Below are positions 31,332-43,691 of a DNA stretch of 64,000 bases, piece after piece. The DNA is taken from positions 62,270 through 126,269 of the forward strand of contig JBOFUV010000052.1 in NCBI GenBank assembly GCA_051652765.1. The letters run 5' to 3'. The position numbers were made by a program, and so were the translations under genes. Positions within the stretch are counted from its first letter, which is position 1, and the number at the start of each line of letters is the position of its first letter. This stretch comes from Microcoleaceae cyanobacterium. Lineage in GTDB: Bacteria; Cyanobacteriota; Cyanobacteriia; Cyanobacteriales; Microcoleaceae. The notes beneath the pieces were generated by a model, which worked only from the letters and a program-made list of their open reading frames with translations, was not told the DNA's origin and made no database searches.

Positions 31332-32426
31332 ATGACTCAAATCTGTCGCATTACCCTGCTTCCTGGAGATGGCATTGGCCCTGAAATTATCAAGGTTGCG
31401 GTGGACGTTCTTCAAGGGATGGAACAGGAGTTTGATTTGCAGTTTGACTTCCAGGAGGCGCTGATTGGTGGGGCTGCCATTGATGCAACAGGAGAACCGC
31501 TTCCCGTAGAGTCTTTAGAACAGTGCCGGAGAAGCCATGCTGTCTTGCTCGCCGCAATTGGGGGGTATAAGTGGGATAACTTGCCTCGATCTCAGCGCCC
31601 AGAAACAGGCTTGCTTGGGCTGAGAGCTGGCTTAGAACTATTTGCGAATCTGCGTCCCGCTACTATTTTGCCCCATCTGATCGATGCCTCGACCCTAAAA
31701 CGGGAGGTGGTTGAGGGGGTAGATATTATGGTAGTTCGGGAATTGACCGGGGGAATTTACTTCGGTCAACCCAAAGGAATTTTTACCCTAGAGACTGGAG
31801 AAAAACGCGGGGTGAATACCATGGCCTATACAGAGTCAGAGATTGACCGCATTGGCCGAGTTGCTTTTGAGACGGCCCGCAAGCGTCAAGGCCGGTTGTG
31901 TTCTGTGGATAAGGCGAATGTATTGGATGTGTCTCAGTTGTGGCGCGATCGCATGATGACTCTTTCTGCCCAGTATCCAGACGTAGAACTGTCCCACCTC
32001 TATGTGGACAATGCCGCTATGCAGTTAGTCCGATGGCCAAAACAGTTTGATACCATCGTAACTGGGAATTTATTCGGGGATATTCTGTCGGATGCAGCGG
32101 CGATGTTAACAGGAAGTATCGGCATGTTGCCCTCAGCCAGTTTGGGAGAGTCGGGGCCAGGGGTATTTGAACCCGTTCATGGATCTGCCCCTGATATCGC
32201 CGGACAGGACAAGGCCAATCCTCTAGCCCAAGTTCTGAGTGCGGCCATGATGTTGCGCTACGGTCTCGACCAGCCTAGGGCAGCCGATCGGATCGAACGA
32301 GCCGTTCTCAAGGTGCTTGACCAGGGCTATCGAACCGGAGATATTATGTCCGAGGGTATGAAATTAGTTGGATGTCGAGCCATGGGAGACGCTTTACTGG
32401 CAGTATTGGCAGGGTCTGAAGTTTAG
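31332..32426 (+). CDS. leuB: 3-isopropylmalate dehydrogenase
   Basis: [47 protein letters not shown]. Confidence 0.97.
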   Translation: MTQICRITLLPGDGIGPEIIKVAVDVLQGMEQEFDLQFDFQEALIGGAAIDATGEPLPVESLEQCRRSHAVLLAAIGGYKWDNLPRSQRPETGLLGLRAGLELFANLRPATILPHLIDASTLKREVVEGVDIMVVRELTGGIYFGQPKGIFTLETGEKRGVNTMAYTESEIDRIGRVAFETARKRQGRLCSVDKANVLDVSQLWRDRMMTLSAQYPDVELSHLYVDNAAMQLVRWPKQFDTIVTGNLFGDILSDAAAMLTGSIGMLPSASLGESGPGVFEPVHGSAPDIAGQDKANPLAQVLSAAMMLRYGLDQPRAADRIERAVLKVLDQGYRTGDIMSEGMKLVGCRAMGDALLAVLAGSEV

Positions 32427-33184
32427 GGCAAATTGAGGGAAAGACCTAACTCATGGAAGTTTTGGGGAGCCCAGAAGTAGTTTGGGTTCGTGACGCGAGC
32501 CTGATCTAGTTTAATGCCTTCGGCGACTAACTGTTCAGCTTGGTCAGGAATATAGCGAGTTAAAAGACCGCCATCGACTTTGATAATTCGATGAATTGGC
32601 AGTTCATGAACCGCTTGCTTGAGAAAACCAGGAATGGCTCGATAGTAAGCCGCAGAGACTCCCAATGCCAGTAAGAGATCAGCAGTCTTGACTACTTTTC
32701 CCTCAGGAATGCGCGGCACAAACTCCCAAAACCTTGCTTTTGCAGTATCACCCAGGGCTGGAAATTGAGAGGACGTTAAGACGATTTCATCCCCCAGAAC
32801 GATGCGACCGCTGTTCACAATCATTCCTAGAAATCCCCGTTGGGTTTTAATCCGCTGCATCAATCCGGGCTGAATTTTTTCTAAATTTTTACAGGGTTCG
32901 CAATGAAACGTTAACCGAACTAAGGCATCTAAACCAATTTGTAAAACTTGACCCGATTTAAATCCTGCAATCGAGTCATCAACAAGTAAATTTTCTCTCA
33001 GAGCACCAGGATTCACCTGAAACTCTGAGAGTGTTCTCTGACTGACTAAAAGAATTTGGCGGGGACTCCCAACTTGGGCCTGAATATCATTTTCTATTCC
33101 TACCCCAGCTCTCAAACTTAAAACTGAACACTCTGTTGTCGGTTCCCCAGGGACAAATTTCTGATAAAGTTGCTTAACTTTCAT
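32423..33184 (-). CDS. MOSC-domain protein with a C-terminal MGMT/ATL-like DNA-binding domain
   Basis: MOSC: RQILL, GALRENL, CEPC, RG; C-terminus: IPEGKV...LPIHRII...[10 protein letters not shown]. Confidence 0.75.
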   Translation of the reverse strand: MKVKQLYQKFVPGEPTTECSVLSLRAGVGIENDIQAQVGSPRQILLVSQRTLSEFQVNPGALRENLLVDDSIAGFKSGQVLQIGLDALVRLTFHCEPCKNLEKIQPGLMQRIKTQRGFLGMIVNSGRIVLGDEIVLTSSQFPALGDTAKARFWEFVPRIPEGKVVKTADLLLALGVSAAYYRAIPGFLKQAVHELPIHRIIKVDGGLLTRYIPDQAEQLVAEGIKLDQARVTNPNYFWAPQNFHELGLSLNLP

Positions 33185-33322
33185 CTGGGCGATGATGATT
33201 TTGTAGGCTGGGTTTCACGTTGCTCTACCCAACATTCCCTAAGGCTTGTAAGGTAGAGCGTGAGGTCTTGCCAGCTTGACACCAACCACAACTCATCCCT
33301 AATCCCTAAGTTAAGCAAACCA

Positions 33323-36300
33323 CTAAGCTGGGGCTGCTGAGGTTCTAGCCGTTGTTTTGCCAATAATTTCTCCCTTCAGCATCCGTTGGGCCGCTTCCAA
33401 GAGTTGTTCCTCTAAATAGGGCTTGGTAAAGTAACCTCTAGCCCCAAGTTGGTAAGCCATTTGACGATGGCGATCCGCACCCCGAGAAGTCAACATTGCA
33501 ATCGGGAGATCAACAAGAGTTGCATCTTTTTGCATCCGAGAGAGCAGTTCCAATCCGTCCATGCGCGGCATTTCAATGTCGCAGAAAACCAAATCGCAGG
33601 GCAACCCCGACTTGAGTTTTTCCCAAGCTTCCTTACCATCTCTGGCTTCTTCAACACGATAACCAGATTTCTCAAAGGTAATCGAGAGGAGCGATCGCAC
33701 AGTAATGGAGTCATCAACAATCAGGACGGTTGGCTCACTCTTACGAGTGCGAGCTTCAGTCACTGAAAGTTCACTTTGCCAGATCTTGCCAGCACCATCC
33801 CGGCGAATTCGACCCATGGCCAGGTCAATCAGCTCTAAAACATCAGCAATTGCCACAATCTGACCGTCTCCCAGTACCGTTGCACCGGCGATACCGATTG
33901 GTTTTGGGACAGGATTTTCTAGTTGCTTGATCACGATTTCCTGTTCAATCAACACTTGATCCACCTGAACGGCCAAGTAGCTGCCCGTCGATCGCAACAC
34001 GATCACAGAGATCATGTCATCATCCATGTTTGCTCCATAGACATTCCCCCGGCCTAGGTGTCGATTGTATACCAACAAGTCTCGTAGATGGCGGAAGGGA
34101 AGCCGAGTTCCCCGCCATTCCAGGGTTTGTTGTCCATCACGGCCAACCCGAATTTGCTCCCGAGGAATATCAATCATATCCTCAACCCCATCCATGGGGA
34201 AGGCAATCCGAGCGCGATCGCTAATGCAGCACAACGCCCTGGAAATACTCATGTTCAGGGGCAAACGAATGGTAAAGGTTGTCCCCCGACCGACGGCTGA
34301 GTCAGTTGTAATGGAACCCCTGACCTCGATCAAGCTCGTTCGCACAACATCCATACCAACGCCGCGTCCGGCAAACTCATCGGCCTGATCCCGCATACTA
34401 AATCCAGGATGGAATAGTAACTCGTAGACATCGAGATTTGACATCGCCTTGGCTTGCTCTGCGGTAATCAAGCCTTTTCGCATCGCCTTTTCCCGCACCT
34501 TGTCGGTGTTGATGCCTGCTCCATCGTCAGAGACAGAGATCACCGTTTGGTTTCCTTGATGAAAGATCTTCAATGTGATTTTACCGACTGGGGGCTTTCC
34601 AGTTGCAACTCGGACATCAGGGGTTTCAATTCCGTGGGTGATGGCATTGTTCACCAAGTGAATGAGCGGATCATGCAACTTACCCAGTAACATTTTGTCA
34701 ATCAGGGTATCTCGCCCTTCGACGTACAGATCCGCTTGCTTGCCACATTTGATCGCAATATCTCGGACGGGGCGCTTGAGGCGATCGGCTTCCTGAGCAA
34801 AGGATTCCATGCGGGCTTTGGTCAATCCTTCCTCTAACTGGGTAGAAACCTGCCGCAACTGTCGAGTCACTTGGTCTGCCTCTTCAACCAAGAACTCAAT
34901 ATCGGCAGCCGACTCTCTGACTCGAACAACAAGTTCGATAATCTCTTGGGAGAGGGTATGGAAGGGGGTAAAGCGGTCAAGCTCAGTTGACTCAAATTCA
35001 AGACCATGGTGGAGAGGATCGTCAGTCACTCGATTACTGCTGTTAATATGCCACAAGGCATGTTTGCGATTGGAGAGGAGAGAAATTTCCAGTAGCGATC
35101 GCTCGTAAAAATCTTGCATCCGCTGACCAACATCACTCAAGAGAGAAACTTGATCCAGCAGGTTGTCCAGGAACTGACGCATCCGTTCTTGGTCTTGCTC
35201 CAAGCTATTGCGGTTAACCACCAACTCACCCATGAGGTTACTCAGATCGTCTAGTTGCTTGACAGGAACTTTAGCGCTGGGTTCGTAGAGCCGTTGACCT
35301 TTTGCGGTGATCCGGGGGCGACCTGCCGAGAATCCGCTGGCAGTCTGACCCTCTTCTCCCAAGAGTCTTTCTAGATCTGCAAAATCGGCATCCTCATCTA
35401 GGGAAATCCTTTCGTCCTCCTCTTCTGCGTGTAGAACCGCATCTAAATCCGAGAACAGACTAGTTTCAATATCAATCGATCGGCTTCCTTCCGGTTGATT
35501 GAGCAAGTCATCTAAACCAGCAAAGTCCGCTGATTCGTCTGCTTGAGGTGCTTGCGAAGGTCGGGGGAGAACTGCTTCAGAGTCAGAGGAACCAAACAAT
35601 TCACTAAACAAATCTTCTGCAGCAGGTGCAGGTTGGTGTGAATCGGTCTTTCGATCTGGAGCTGCCGTAGCCAAAAGAGTTGTTTCCAGATCTCCACTCA
35701 CCAATTGCTCAAACCAATCAGCATCAACTTGAGTAAAGGCAAAATCTGGCTGCTTTTGCTCGACTTTAGGGGGTCTTTGAGGCGTTAACAGCTCAAAGGT
35801 TGAGTCAGATCCGGTTGCATCATAGGTTTGCTGAGTTGATCCATCCCAGAATTCATCGAGTAAATCGCTAGGGCCCAAACCCGAAGTTGTACCAATAGTC
35901 AATAAATCATCAAAGTCAGTCAAGTCTTCAGATGCAGAGAAGTCCAAAGCGATAGATTGCTTTGGCACAGTGGACTCCACAGCACTGCTCTGGAACTCTG
36001 AAACCAGGTTTTCTTCCCCAAATAGATCAAGGAAATCTTGGTGCGGATCAATCGTGACCTTAGCTGAAGTTGACACCTCTAGAGCTTGAGCAGAAGTCCT
36101 TTTTCCCCACCTTTCTTCCATTAGATCTTCCCCTTCAAACAAATCAGCTAGACTCTTCAGCTCCTCTGGGGCGATCTGAGGGCCTTTGGGAGTAGGCTTG
36201 TTGACCGAGTCGAACGAGGATTCTGCAGACGGAAAATCATCCAAAATTGAAGACAGGGGAAAGTCTTCCTGGGAGCCGACCAAGGATGGGGAAGGGAATA

Positions 36301-37246
36301 GAGTCCCTGAAGATGAGGACTTGACAACAGATGAATTGGATCTAGCACTACCCTTCTGGGTTGGTAAGGTGGCTAGGTTCCGAATGTCTGCCCTGACTTC
36401 AATTTCTGCTTCCCGATCTGCGAGGACAAGCTCCTTAGCTTGCTTGAGAACGGGAATCACAACTAAGGCAAGCTCTTGATAACTATTGTAAGAATTGGCG
36501 ATCGCGGCTTCAACTTGACGAACACAGTCAACCCAGCTCAACAAACCAAAGGCTTCGCCGCGTTGAGCCAGGACGGTGCAGAGATTACGCAACTGCTGAC
36601 GACTTCCCTGGTTCTCGGGTTGCTTGAACACTTGCAACATCTCTCGCAAGTGTTCTGGGACTTGATGCTGGAAGAAAAACGTTTGGGGGCTCTCTACCTC
36701 TTCGACCATAGCCGTTCCTGAGGTGGAAGAAGGTTTGGCGGTCTTAGCTAAGGTCGGTTGGCCAAGGGTTGGGGCGGTTGGCAGGGCTAGTTCTGGGACT
36801 GTAACATCATGTTGCTTGGCTAAGGTTCCCAAATGGACATGGAGATCTCTAAAGATAGGCTCAGCCTCTCGCAAAAGAGACTGAGCAACATCTTCTGTCA
36901 GTCCGTAGGGGCTCGACAGACTATCGATCAAAGCTTTCAGAGTATCTGAAATCTCCAAAAAGAGGGATTCTAGCTTTTGATCAACCTGAACCCTAGACTT
37001 TTCCTGAATTTTCTCAAGAATCTTAAAGCTGTCCTCAAGACGATGAGATGTCGCTTGGATGCTGTTCAGCCCGAGCATCGCCGCTCCTCCTTTCACAGAG
37101 TGGGCTGCCCGGTAAACTTCATAGAGCAGGTCGGGATCTTCAATGGTTGCCTGTAAGTTCAGTAACCCCTGCTCAATGGTATCGAGGTGATCTTTTGCTT
37201 CCTCGATAAAGTAGCCCATGATTCGCTGTTGTTGTTCAACTTGCAT
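33323..37246 (-). CDS. pilL: Hybrid CheA-type kinase (Hpt, linker, HATPase, CheW, REC); PilL/HmpE type
   Basis: YRAAHSVKGGA, HLVNNAITHG, DDGAGI, GRGVGMDVV, REC VDDS...CDIEMPRMDG. Confidence 0.9.
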   Translation of the reverse strand: MQVEQQQRIMGYFIEEAKDHLDTIEQGLLNLQATIEDPDLLYEVYRAAHSVKGGAAMLGLNSIQATSHRLEDSFKILEKIQEKSRVQVDQKLESLFLEISDTLKALIDSLSSPYGLTEDVAQSLLREAEPIFRDLHVHLGTLAKQHDVTVPELALPTAPTLGQPTLAKTAKPSSTSGTAMVEEVESPQTFFFQHQVPEHLREMLQVFKQPENQGSRQQLRNLCTVLAQRGEAFGLLSWVDCVRQVEAAIANSYNSYQELALVVIPVLKQAKELVLADREAEIEVRADIRNLATLPTQKGSARSNSSVVKSSSSGTLFPSPSLVGSQEDFPLSSILDDFPSAESSFDSVNKPTPKGPQIAPEELKSLADLFEGEDLMEERWGKRTSAQALEVSTSAKVTIDPHQDFLDLFGEENLVSEFQSSAVESTVPKQSIALDFSASEDLTDFDDLLTIGTTSGLGPSDLLDEFWDGSTQQTYDATGSDSTFELLTPQRPPKVEQKQPDFAFTQVDADWFEQLVSGDLETTLLATAAPDRKTDSHQPAPAAEDLFSELFGSSDSEAVLPRPSQAPQADESADFAGLDDLLNQPEGSRSIDIETSLFSDLDAVLHAEEEDERISLDEDADFADLERLLGEEGQTASGFSAGRPRITAKGQRLYEPSAKVPVKQLDDLSNLMGELVVNRNSLEQDQERMRQFLDNLLDQVSLLSDVGQRMQDFYERSLLEISLLSNRKHALWHINSSNRVTDDPLHHGLEFESTELDRFTPFHTLSQEIIELVVRVRESAADIEFLVEEADQVTRQLRQVSTQLEEGLTKARMESFAQEADRLKRPVRDIAIKCGKQADLYVEGRDTLIDKMLLGKLHDPLIHLVNNAITHGIETPDVRVATGKPPVGKITLKIFHQGNQTVISVSDDGAGINTDKVREKAMRKGLITAEQAKAMSNLDVYELLFHPGFSMRDQADEFAGRGVGMDVVRTSLIEVRGSITTDSAVGRGTTFTIRLPLNMSISRALCCISDRARIAFPMDGVEDMIDIPREQIRVGRDGQQTLEWRGTRLPFRHLRDLLVYNRHLGRGNVYGANMDDDMISVIVLRSTGSYLAVQVDQVLIEQEIVIKQLENPVPKPIGIAGATVLGDGQIVAIADVLELIDLAMGRIRRDGAGKIWQSELSVTEARTRKSEPTVLIVDDSITVRSLLSITFEKSGYRVEEARDGKEAWEKLKSGLPCDLVFCDIEMPRMDGLELLSRMQKDATLVDLPIAMLTSRGADRHRQMAYQLGARGYFTKPYLEEQLLEAAQRMLKGEIIGKTTARTSAAPA

Positions 37247-37474
37247 GGCACGCCTTGCTCCGGTTCGATAGGGTGAGTTTACTCAACGTCTTGAGGGAAA
37301 TCTAACAGCTTTTCACGCTTATGATTCATTAAATTCTTGGCTAAGTTAATTCTATAGCGATCTGATTTGAATTGTGAGCCTGTAAGGCAGTTATATTGCC
37401 GATATCCTTGTCGCGGGCCCCTGAGAAAGAATCCCCTGAACAATTGACTCAGTCTAAACGTTACTTGCTAAACG

Positions 37475-40400
37475 TTACTTGCGGTCTGTCGCATCAACTC
37501 GGAAACGCTCTACTGAAGTTAACATGTCACGGGCAACTCCGACCAGATTGCTCAGGGCAGAGGACACGCGGTGAGCCTCTTGGGAGGTTTCTTGAGCGCT
37601 GTGTTCAACAGTCTGCATGACATTGGCAACGGCTCGGGCTGTTTCATTCTGCTCAACGGTATCTGCGGTGATTGAACGGACTAACACATCAATCCGGTTA
37701 GTCACTTGAATAATATCGTCGAGCGATCGCTTGGCCTGTTCTGCCAGACGGGTTCCTTCAATTACCTGCTGGTTGCCTTCCTCCATCGCCATCATGACTG
37801 AACTGGTTTGGCTCTGAATTTGCATCACAATCTGCTCGATCTCCTTCAAGGATTTGGCTGAACGGTCTGCAAGCTGACGGACTTCGTCAGCCACAATCGC
37901 AAATCCCCGGCCCGCTTCTCCCGCCCGAGCTGCCTCAATACTGGCGTTCAACGCCAATAAGTTGGTTCGGGAAGCAATCTGAGAAATAATTGCCACAATC
38001 TTAGAAATTTCCTGGGAAGATTCGGCCAAGCGCTTCACTTCTCGGGTCGTCTCCGCTACAGTTTCCCGGATATTCAGGATTCCAGCCACGGTCAGTTGGA
38101 CTGACTCTCCCCCTTTGGTGGCGACTGCCGCCGCTGAACGAGCCACTTCTTCAGCCTCTCGGGCACTGTCTGCAACCCGCTGAATTGCATCGGTCAGCAC
38201 TTGCACGGAGTTCAAGGTGGCTGCCAATTCCTCCGCCTGACGCAGGGCATCTCCAGCAACATCTTTCGCAAACGTCGAACTATCCGTTGCTCCTCGGCTG
38301 ACCTGACGGGCTGCCTGCTTAACCTGAACAACGATTTCCCGCAGATTTTGAATAGTCAGGTTAAAGGAGTCGGCCACCGCACCGAGAACGTCTGCCGTCA
38401 CCTCGGCAGAGACAGTAAGGTCGCCTCGAGCTGCACCTTCTACATCATCCAGCAAACGAATCACCTGACGTTGGAGATTTTCCTTCGATTCTTCCTGTTC
38501 CTCTGCTTTGTGCTGGGCTTCATACGTTGTGGTTTCCACAAATTGGGCCATATGATTGAATTTGGCTGCCATCTGACCAAACTCATCCGTAGCATAGACC
38601 GTCGCTCTAGCCTTCAGGTTGTTGTGGGCGATCGCATCAAACTGAGTCTGCAAGTTATTGGTTGCTTTAGTCACTTGACGAGAGGCAATACTGCCCAAGC
38701 CCCAGGTTGTCAAAAACCCGGTAACTCCTGCAACAAAAGTCATGACAATCCCAGCATTTCGCACTTGATAGAACACCTCCCGATCCTGTCGCCGAGCTGC
38801 CATATCGGCGTAAGCCCAAAACGTAACTGCAACAAAAATGAGTGAGGCAATTCCGGTGCCGATCGCAGTGTAAAAGAACTTGGTTTTTAAGGGAACATTT
38901 TCCAGAAAAGCGGCAAATGGCCCCTGCTCTACCGTCAGCATGGTTTCAATGGGTTCATCACCAGAGGCTGCAAAAGATGAAATTGCTTCCCGATCAGTCA
39001 CAGGATTAAACAGGTCATCATTGGTAATGGCCGAAGAATCCTGCCCAACAGAGCTGCTTGAAGCGATAAAAGCACCATCAATATCAATATCTTCCTCGTC
39101 AAAACCAGAGGTATCATCAGAAATCAGAACCTCTGAAGTCTCATCATCAAAAGCAGCAAAGTTGTCAAGACCCTCTTCAGAGAAGTCCTCAAATTCTTCA
39201 AAGTCGTTGAGAAAATCGCTGTCTACCGAACCTGTAGCTTTTTCAGGCTGAGGAATATTAAACCCAGCAGAGAAGTCAGAATCTTCAATTAACTCTAAGG
39301 CACCCCCAAAGGCTCCCTCACTCTCATTTTGAGCTTCCTCTTCTTCAAATTCAAAAACATTTGGAAGTCTATCTTGCCCGACTGCTGCAAATTCAAAGGT
39401 ATCTGGAATTTCGTCTTCGAAGACAAAGTCCTCATCCAGACTGCCTTGAGAAGTTTGTCTTCCCTGTGCTAAAGGAGATCCCAGTGACAATGTCTCAATT
39501 GCTGAATTGGGAGGAGCAGGATCAAAATCCCCCTCTAAGGAACCCATTTCAAAGTTCAGATCAGGCTCAGTTGCCCTGGACTTGCCGTTATTATTCGTGT
39601 AGGGAACTTCAGCATCAAATTCAGCATCTAAATCAAGGTTTAAAGGGGTATCCAGAGCCGCAAAGATCTCGTCGAGATCGTCTTCTGCCGACGCTACAGT
39701 GCTCAAGGGTACAGGAGAGGGAACCTGAGGGCTCTCTTCTGAAGGCAAGTCTCTCGAGGAGAAAAGGTGTTCAGCCTCCAGATCGACTTCACCAAGGTTG
39801 AGTTCGGCTCTGAACGAACTGTAGCGGTCATCTGCCTGGTCTAAGGCATCTTCCTCTATCAAGTTTCCTGAAAGATTAAGCTCTGCTAGAAGCTGATCTG
39901 CACTCAAAGAAAAGTCATCATCTTCTGCCTCAAATTCCTCCGCGTGATCGAGGCGAGGAAGTTCAAGTTGCGTATGAAAGTTACTGACCTCATCTGCCAA
40001 ATCCTCACTTTCCAAGTGATCTGGGAGTTCTGGCTCAGACCAATCCAATTCCGCTCCAAACGGATTGGCAACAGCTTTTTGCTGCACAGCATTAACCTGT
40101 CCTAGAGACAAATCCAACTCCTCTTCTAGACTTAAGTCATCTTCTAGGCCCCATTCCTGTAAGTCTAGTTCCGGCATGTTCTCTAAATCAGAATCCTCAC
40201 CGGCATTTGCAAAGTCTAAATCACGGGAGTTTAGCTCAAGAACTTCTGGGTCTAAATCTGCTTCGACCCTGCCAAAATTGTCTGAGGCTGTAGCAGAAGA
40301 GTTCAACTCCTCCAAATCAAAGTCATCTTCTAGACCAATATCTGCCAAGTCTGGTTCAGGCAAGTCATCTAATAAAGAATTGAGTTCTGCTTCCTCATCA

Positions 40401-40867
40401 ACCAAACCCTGGCTCACCCCATTCAACTCTTCAAACTCAGAACTCTCTAAAAATGTTTCTACCACAGCCTCGTCCAAGGGGTCATCCTCACCTGAACCAT
40501 GCAGTCCAGCAGTATCATCCAAAGGGAAACTATAGATATCTCTCTCTAGGTCATCCTCACTGCCGCCAGATAGAATCAAATCAGAATCTATAATGAACTG
40601 ATCCGTTGCCTCAATAGATTGATGGGCGAGTTCAACTAACTCAGGATCTACTGTCAAGTCTAAAACAGCCAGATACTGCTGCTTGGCGACATCATATTGC
40701 TGCAGGCCATAGCCATAGATGTGACCACAGAGTAACCGAGCAGAGGGGTCTTCAGGATACTCCTCTACCAGTTGGTAGACGAGGGCTGCTGCTCTCTCAT
40801 AATCTCCATCAGTGTAAGCTTTTTCGGTCTGTTCGTACTCTTGTCTGAAGTTTACACTTAGTGCCAT
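37475..40867 (-). CDS. pilJ: Methyl-accepting chemotaxis protein, PilJ/HmpD type (TPR, acidic linker, 2 TM, HAMP, MA)
   Basis: [32 protein letters not shown]-terminal TPR-like helices. Confidence 0.92.
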   Translation of the reverse strand: MALSVNFRQEYEQTEKAYTDGDYERAAALVYQLVEEYPEDPSARLLCGHIYGYGLQQYDVAKQQYLAVLDLTVDPELVELAHQSIEATDQFIIDSDLILSGGSEDDLERDIYSFPLDDTAGLHGSGEDDPLDEAVVETFLESSEFEELNGVSQGLVDEEAELNSLLDDLPEPDLADIGLEDDFDLEELNSSATASDNFGRVEADLDPEVLELNSRDLDFANAGEDSDLENMPELDLQEWGLEDDLSLEEELDLSLGQVNAVQQKAVANPFGAELDWSEPELPDHLESEDLADEVSNFHTQLELPRLDHAEEFEAEDDDFSLSADQLLAELNLSGNLIEEDALDQADDRYSSFRAELNLGEVDLEAEHLFSSRDLPSEESPQVPSPVPLSTVASAEDDLDEIFAALDTPLNLDLDAEFDAEVPYTNNNGKSRATEPDLNFEMGSLEGDFDPAPPNSAIETLSLGSPLAQGRQTSQGSLDEDFVFEDEIPDTFEFAAVGQDRLPNVFEFEEEEAQNESEGAFGGALELIEDSDFSAGFNIPQPEKATGSVDSDFLNDFEEFEDFSEEGLDNFAAFDDETSEVLISDDTSGFDEEDIDIDGAFIASSSSVGQDSSAITNDDLFNPVTDREAISSFAASGDEPIETMLTVEQGPFAAFLENVPLKTKFFYTAIGTGIASLIFVAVTFWAYADMAARRQDREVFYQVRNAGIVMTFVAGVTGFLTTWGLGSIASRQVTKATNNLQTQFDAIAHNNLKARATVYATDEFGQMAAKFNHMAQFVETTTYEAQHKAEEQEESKENLQRQVIRLLDDVEGAARGDLTVSAEVTADVLGAVADSFNLTIQNLREIVVQVKQAARQVSRGATDSSTFAKDVAGDALRQAEELAATLNSVQVLTDAIQRVADSAREAEEVARSAAAVATKGGESVQLTVAGILNIRETVAETTREVKRLAESSQEISKIVAIISQIASRTNLLALNASIEAARAGEAGRGFAIVADEVRQLADRSAKSLKEIEQIVMQIQSQTSSVMMAMEEGNQQVIEGTRLAEQAKRSLDDIIQVTNRIDVLVRSITADTVEQNETARAVANVMQTVEHSAQETSQEAHRVSSALSNLVGVARDMLTSVERFRVDATDRK

Positions 40868-41006
40868 GGCCAATTCCCCTTTAGTTCCTAGCGTCTGGAT
40901 GACAATGAATCTGAGTAGTTCAACGTTAGAAGTTAAAAAATAGATCTTAAGTTTACTTTTTTTAAATCCACTCTATTCTAATTTCTCTTCGGCGACTGTT
41001 TAACTC

Positions 41007-41534
41007 CTATGCAGCCCATCGGGCTGACCTTAAAATCGCAATCGGATCAAGGAGTCGAATCAGCTTCTTGCTTTCCCCCATTGCCCATTCCCCTTTAATA
41101 AAAGGAGCCATACTGTCTGGAATCTGAGTTGGCATTTGCATTTTCTCCACTGGCAACCAAGCAATCTCGTTAATATCGTCAACTGCAAGCCCTAGGATTG
41201 TATCTTGATCTTCAACTGCAATCACACGAAGCTCCGTTCGATCAGTGTTTAGAGGAACTGTATCTCCTAAAAACTGACCGAGGTCAGCAACCCAGATCAC
41301 TCGACCGCGCATATTGAGAGTCCCCAACAGCAAAGGCGAGACGTTTGGAATAGGTGTCATGCGATCCGGAGATTGAGAAACGACCTCTTTAATTCCAGTG
41401 GCAGGCAGCGCCAACTCAAACCTAGAGGGGATGAAAAAGCGCAAATGCAACTCCCCTTCTGGAGTTTCAAGCTCCTGAAACTCAGGACTGTCCGGGTTCT
41501 GACCCGTTAAAAAATCAGGGTTTCCAACCATCAT
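41007..41534 (-). CDS. pilI: CheW-like adaptor, PilI/HmpC type
   Basis: TPIPNVSPLLLGTLNMRGRVIWVADL, LGLAVD; operon position. Confidence 0.9.
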   Translation of the reverse strand: MMVGNPDFLTGQNPDSPEFQELETPEGELHLRFFIPSRFELALPATGIKEVVSQSPDRMTPIPNVSPLLLGTLNMRGRVIWVADLGQFLGDTVPLNTDRTELRVIAVEDQDTILGLAVDDINEIAWLPVEKMQMPTQIPDSMAPFIKGEWAMGESKKLIRLLDPIAILRSARWAA

Positions 41535-41543
41535 GACTTCTCC

Positions 41544-41909
41544 TTACCCCCGCAACAACTGCTTCACGGTTCCAACCAATTCAGTTGGCTGAAACGGTTT
41601 AGCAATATAAGCATCTGCTCCCTGTTTCATTCCCCAGTAACGGTCAAATTCTTCCCCCTTAGACGAGCACATTACAATCGCAATATTCTGGGTTTTAGGA
41701 TCGGACTTGAGTCGCCGACACAATTCATATCCATTCATTCGGGGCATGACAATATCAAGCACAACTAAGTCTGGACAGTGCTTTTGAACTTGCTCTAAGG
41801 CATCAACACCATCACTGGCTACAGTGACCTGCATACCATTATCTCTCAAGAGATTTGAAATCATCTCCCGTTGGGTCACACTGTCTTCAACTACCATAAC
41901 TTTACTCAT
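41544..41909 (-). CDS. pilH: CheY-like response regulator, PilH/HmpB type
   Basis: VVEDS, LDIVMPRMNG, DRYWGMKQGADAYIAKPF. Confidence 0.92.
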   Translation of the reverse strand: MSKVMVVEDSVTQREMISNLLRDNGMQVTVASDGVDALEQVQKHCPDLVVLDIVMPRMNGYELCRRLKSDPKTQNIAIVMCSSKGEEFDRYWGMKQGADAYIAKPFQPTELVGTVKQLLRG

Positions 41910-42093
41910 AAATTTTCCGAATGAGTCGATTCAGACCAAGCTAGCCTAATAGAACAGAGTTGAACGGCCCACAGGGCTACCCTAGATCGATAATATATTA
42001 CTCATCGACTGAACCCCAAGGTAGAATGACAAGAGAGCTTGGCTACAATGATATGGTATTGTTTGATTCAAGTATACCCAAATTCAATGGTGA

Positions 42094-43356
42094 TTAATTC
42101 ATCGGAGAAGATTGAATCTCAAATGAGTCCGAAGCAGGAAGCCGACCGGAGTCAAAGGGATCAAGAGCTTTGGGGAGTAAAGAATTTGGGTTCCCAGATC
42201 CAACATAGGCTTCAACTAAAGTTAAAAGTTCATGTTCACCGAAGGGCTTGGTTAGGTAATTTGTTGCCCGTACCATCCGAGCTTTGAGTCGATCGATAAA
42301 TCCATCAATCCCAGTTAACATCACAATCGGAGTCTGGCGAAATGCAGTTGAGCTTCGCAACATCGCACAGATTTCATAACCGTTAAGTTCGGGCATGGCA
42401 ATATCGCAAAGAATTAAATCCGGCTTAAATTGGAAAACCACACTTAATGCTTCCAAAGGATGCCCAACGGTCTTGATCTCGTAGCCATGGGGTTGCAGAA
42501 TTGCTTCCACCAGTTCCCTCACAACCCCATCATCATCCAAACAAAGGATGCGGGGCATCTTAGTCGTTGAATCCAGCCTGCCCTGAAAAGATGGCTCAGA
42601 AGAAGTATCAGGAGCCAAAACGTGAACTAACCCCTTTTGGACAAAGGGATGGATCGCGCGAGTCACTGTGACAATATCTCGATTTAAGTAACGGGCAATC
42701 TGACGAAAAGACGTGATGCCATCGACCCAATGATTCAGGGTTTCAAACGTACTTGACTTGACGGTTTGACGAAGCCTATCCGTATCAGGAATAAAGGGAC
42801 ATTGGTTAGGAGATTGAATGTAAGGATGAAATGTTTTCCACTCCTGCACTTGCTTCATGATCTTGGCCAGCAGGGGACTAATGCCTAAAGTTGTGAGCTG
42901 AGGGACAAGAGGTGGCCCCATTTCAAAAATGAATGACCCTTGATGCTGGCTTAACAAGTCAAATAGAGTCTCATGAATCATCCCATGAATAATATTGCGA
43001 CCCTGGGCTGGCGTAATCGTACTTTTCTCCAACAAAACCCAGAGATATCCATATTCTGGGGCGTTTAGCGTGGCAAGAGCAGGCATCTCCAGATGATCAA
43101 GGGCGGTATCTAGATCATAACGGCGCAGGTAGTCCCGCAGACGGGAGAGATTATTCTCACTCTGGCCCGCATAAATAATTTGGCCAGTTAGGCAAAATAC
43201 CAGCCAACAGGGTTCTTGAAAACGCTTAGGACGAGTTAAATCAGCTCCATTTTGCGAAGGAGTGTAGGCTTCCACCATCAATTCTCCCGTTCGCTGACCT
43301 AGCTCAATCAGTTGCAGGATACTCCGAATATCAATTTCACTTAAAGAGCCTTGCAT
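42094..43356 (-). CDS. pilG: PatA-family response regulator (PATAN/DUF4388 + REC), PilG/HmpA type
   Basis: MQGSLSEIDIRSILQLIELGQRTGEL; C-terminal REC CDIAMPELNGYEIC. Confidence 0.9.
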   Translation of the reverse strand: MQGSLSEIDIRSILQLIELGQRTGELMVEAYTPSQNGADLTRPKRFQEPCWLVFCLTGQIIYAGQSENNLSRLRDYLRRYDLDTALDHLEMPALATLNAPEYGYLWVLLEKSTITPAQGRNIIHGMIHETLFDLLSQHQGSFIFEMGPPLVPQLTTLGISPLLAKIMKQVQEWKTFHPYIQSPNQCPFIPDTDRLRQTVKSSTFETLNHWVDGITSFRQIARYLNRDIVTVTRAIHPFVQKGLVHVLAPDTSSEPSFQGRLDSTTKMPRILCLDDDGVVRELVEAILQPHGYEIKTVGHPLEALSVVFQFKPDLILCDIAMPELNGYEICAMLRSSTAFRQTPIVMLTGIDGFIDRLKARMVRATNYLTKPFGEHELLTLVEAYVGSGNPNSLLPKALDPFDSGRLPASDSFEIQSSPMN

Positions 43357-43691
43357 GTAGCAAGCTTCCTCCCATCCCGTTGTAGTCCAAAAGCCCTACT
43401 TTACTGATCCACACCTTGAAAACAGTCAGCTTTCACTCTTCATATTGTAGTTCTATCACTGGCAACCGCATCAGTAATCTGCTGCAACTTTTCAAGAATT
43501 CCGAATGCCGAGTCAAAGAACCCGGTTGAAGCGGAATGAATTTGATAGAATTTTTGCAGTGTATATTAGAACAGTCCGCCCTGACGGTTAACTGTAGGCT
43601 AAAATTGAGCAGGGGCATAGGTGCTACAGTAGATCTACGACATCGTACTGACCTAACAATCAAGCTGAGACACCTCACGAGGGCAATTGCC

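Noticed and set aside
33181..33363. 60-aa ORF bridging cheA and the MOSC gene, and the other antisense or nested short ORFs in the track
   Set aside because: No recognisable motifs, and they overlap well-supported genes; treated as shadow ORFs
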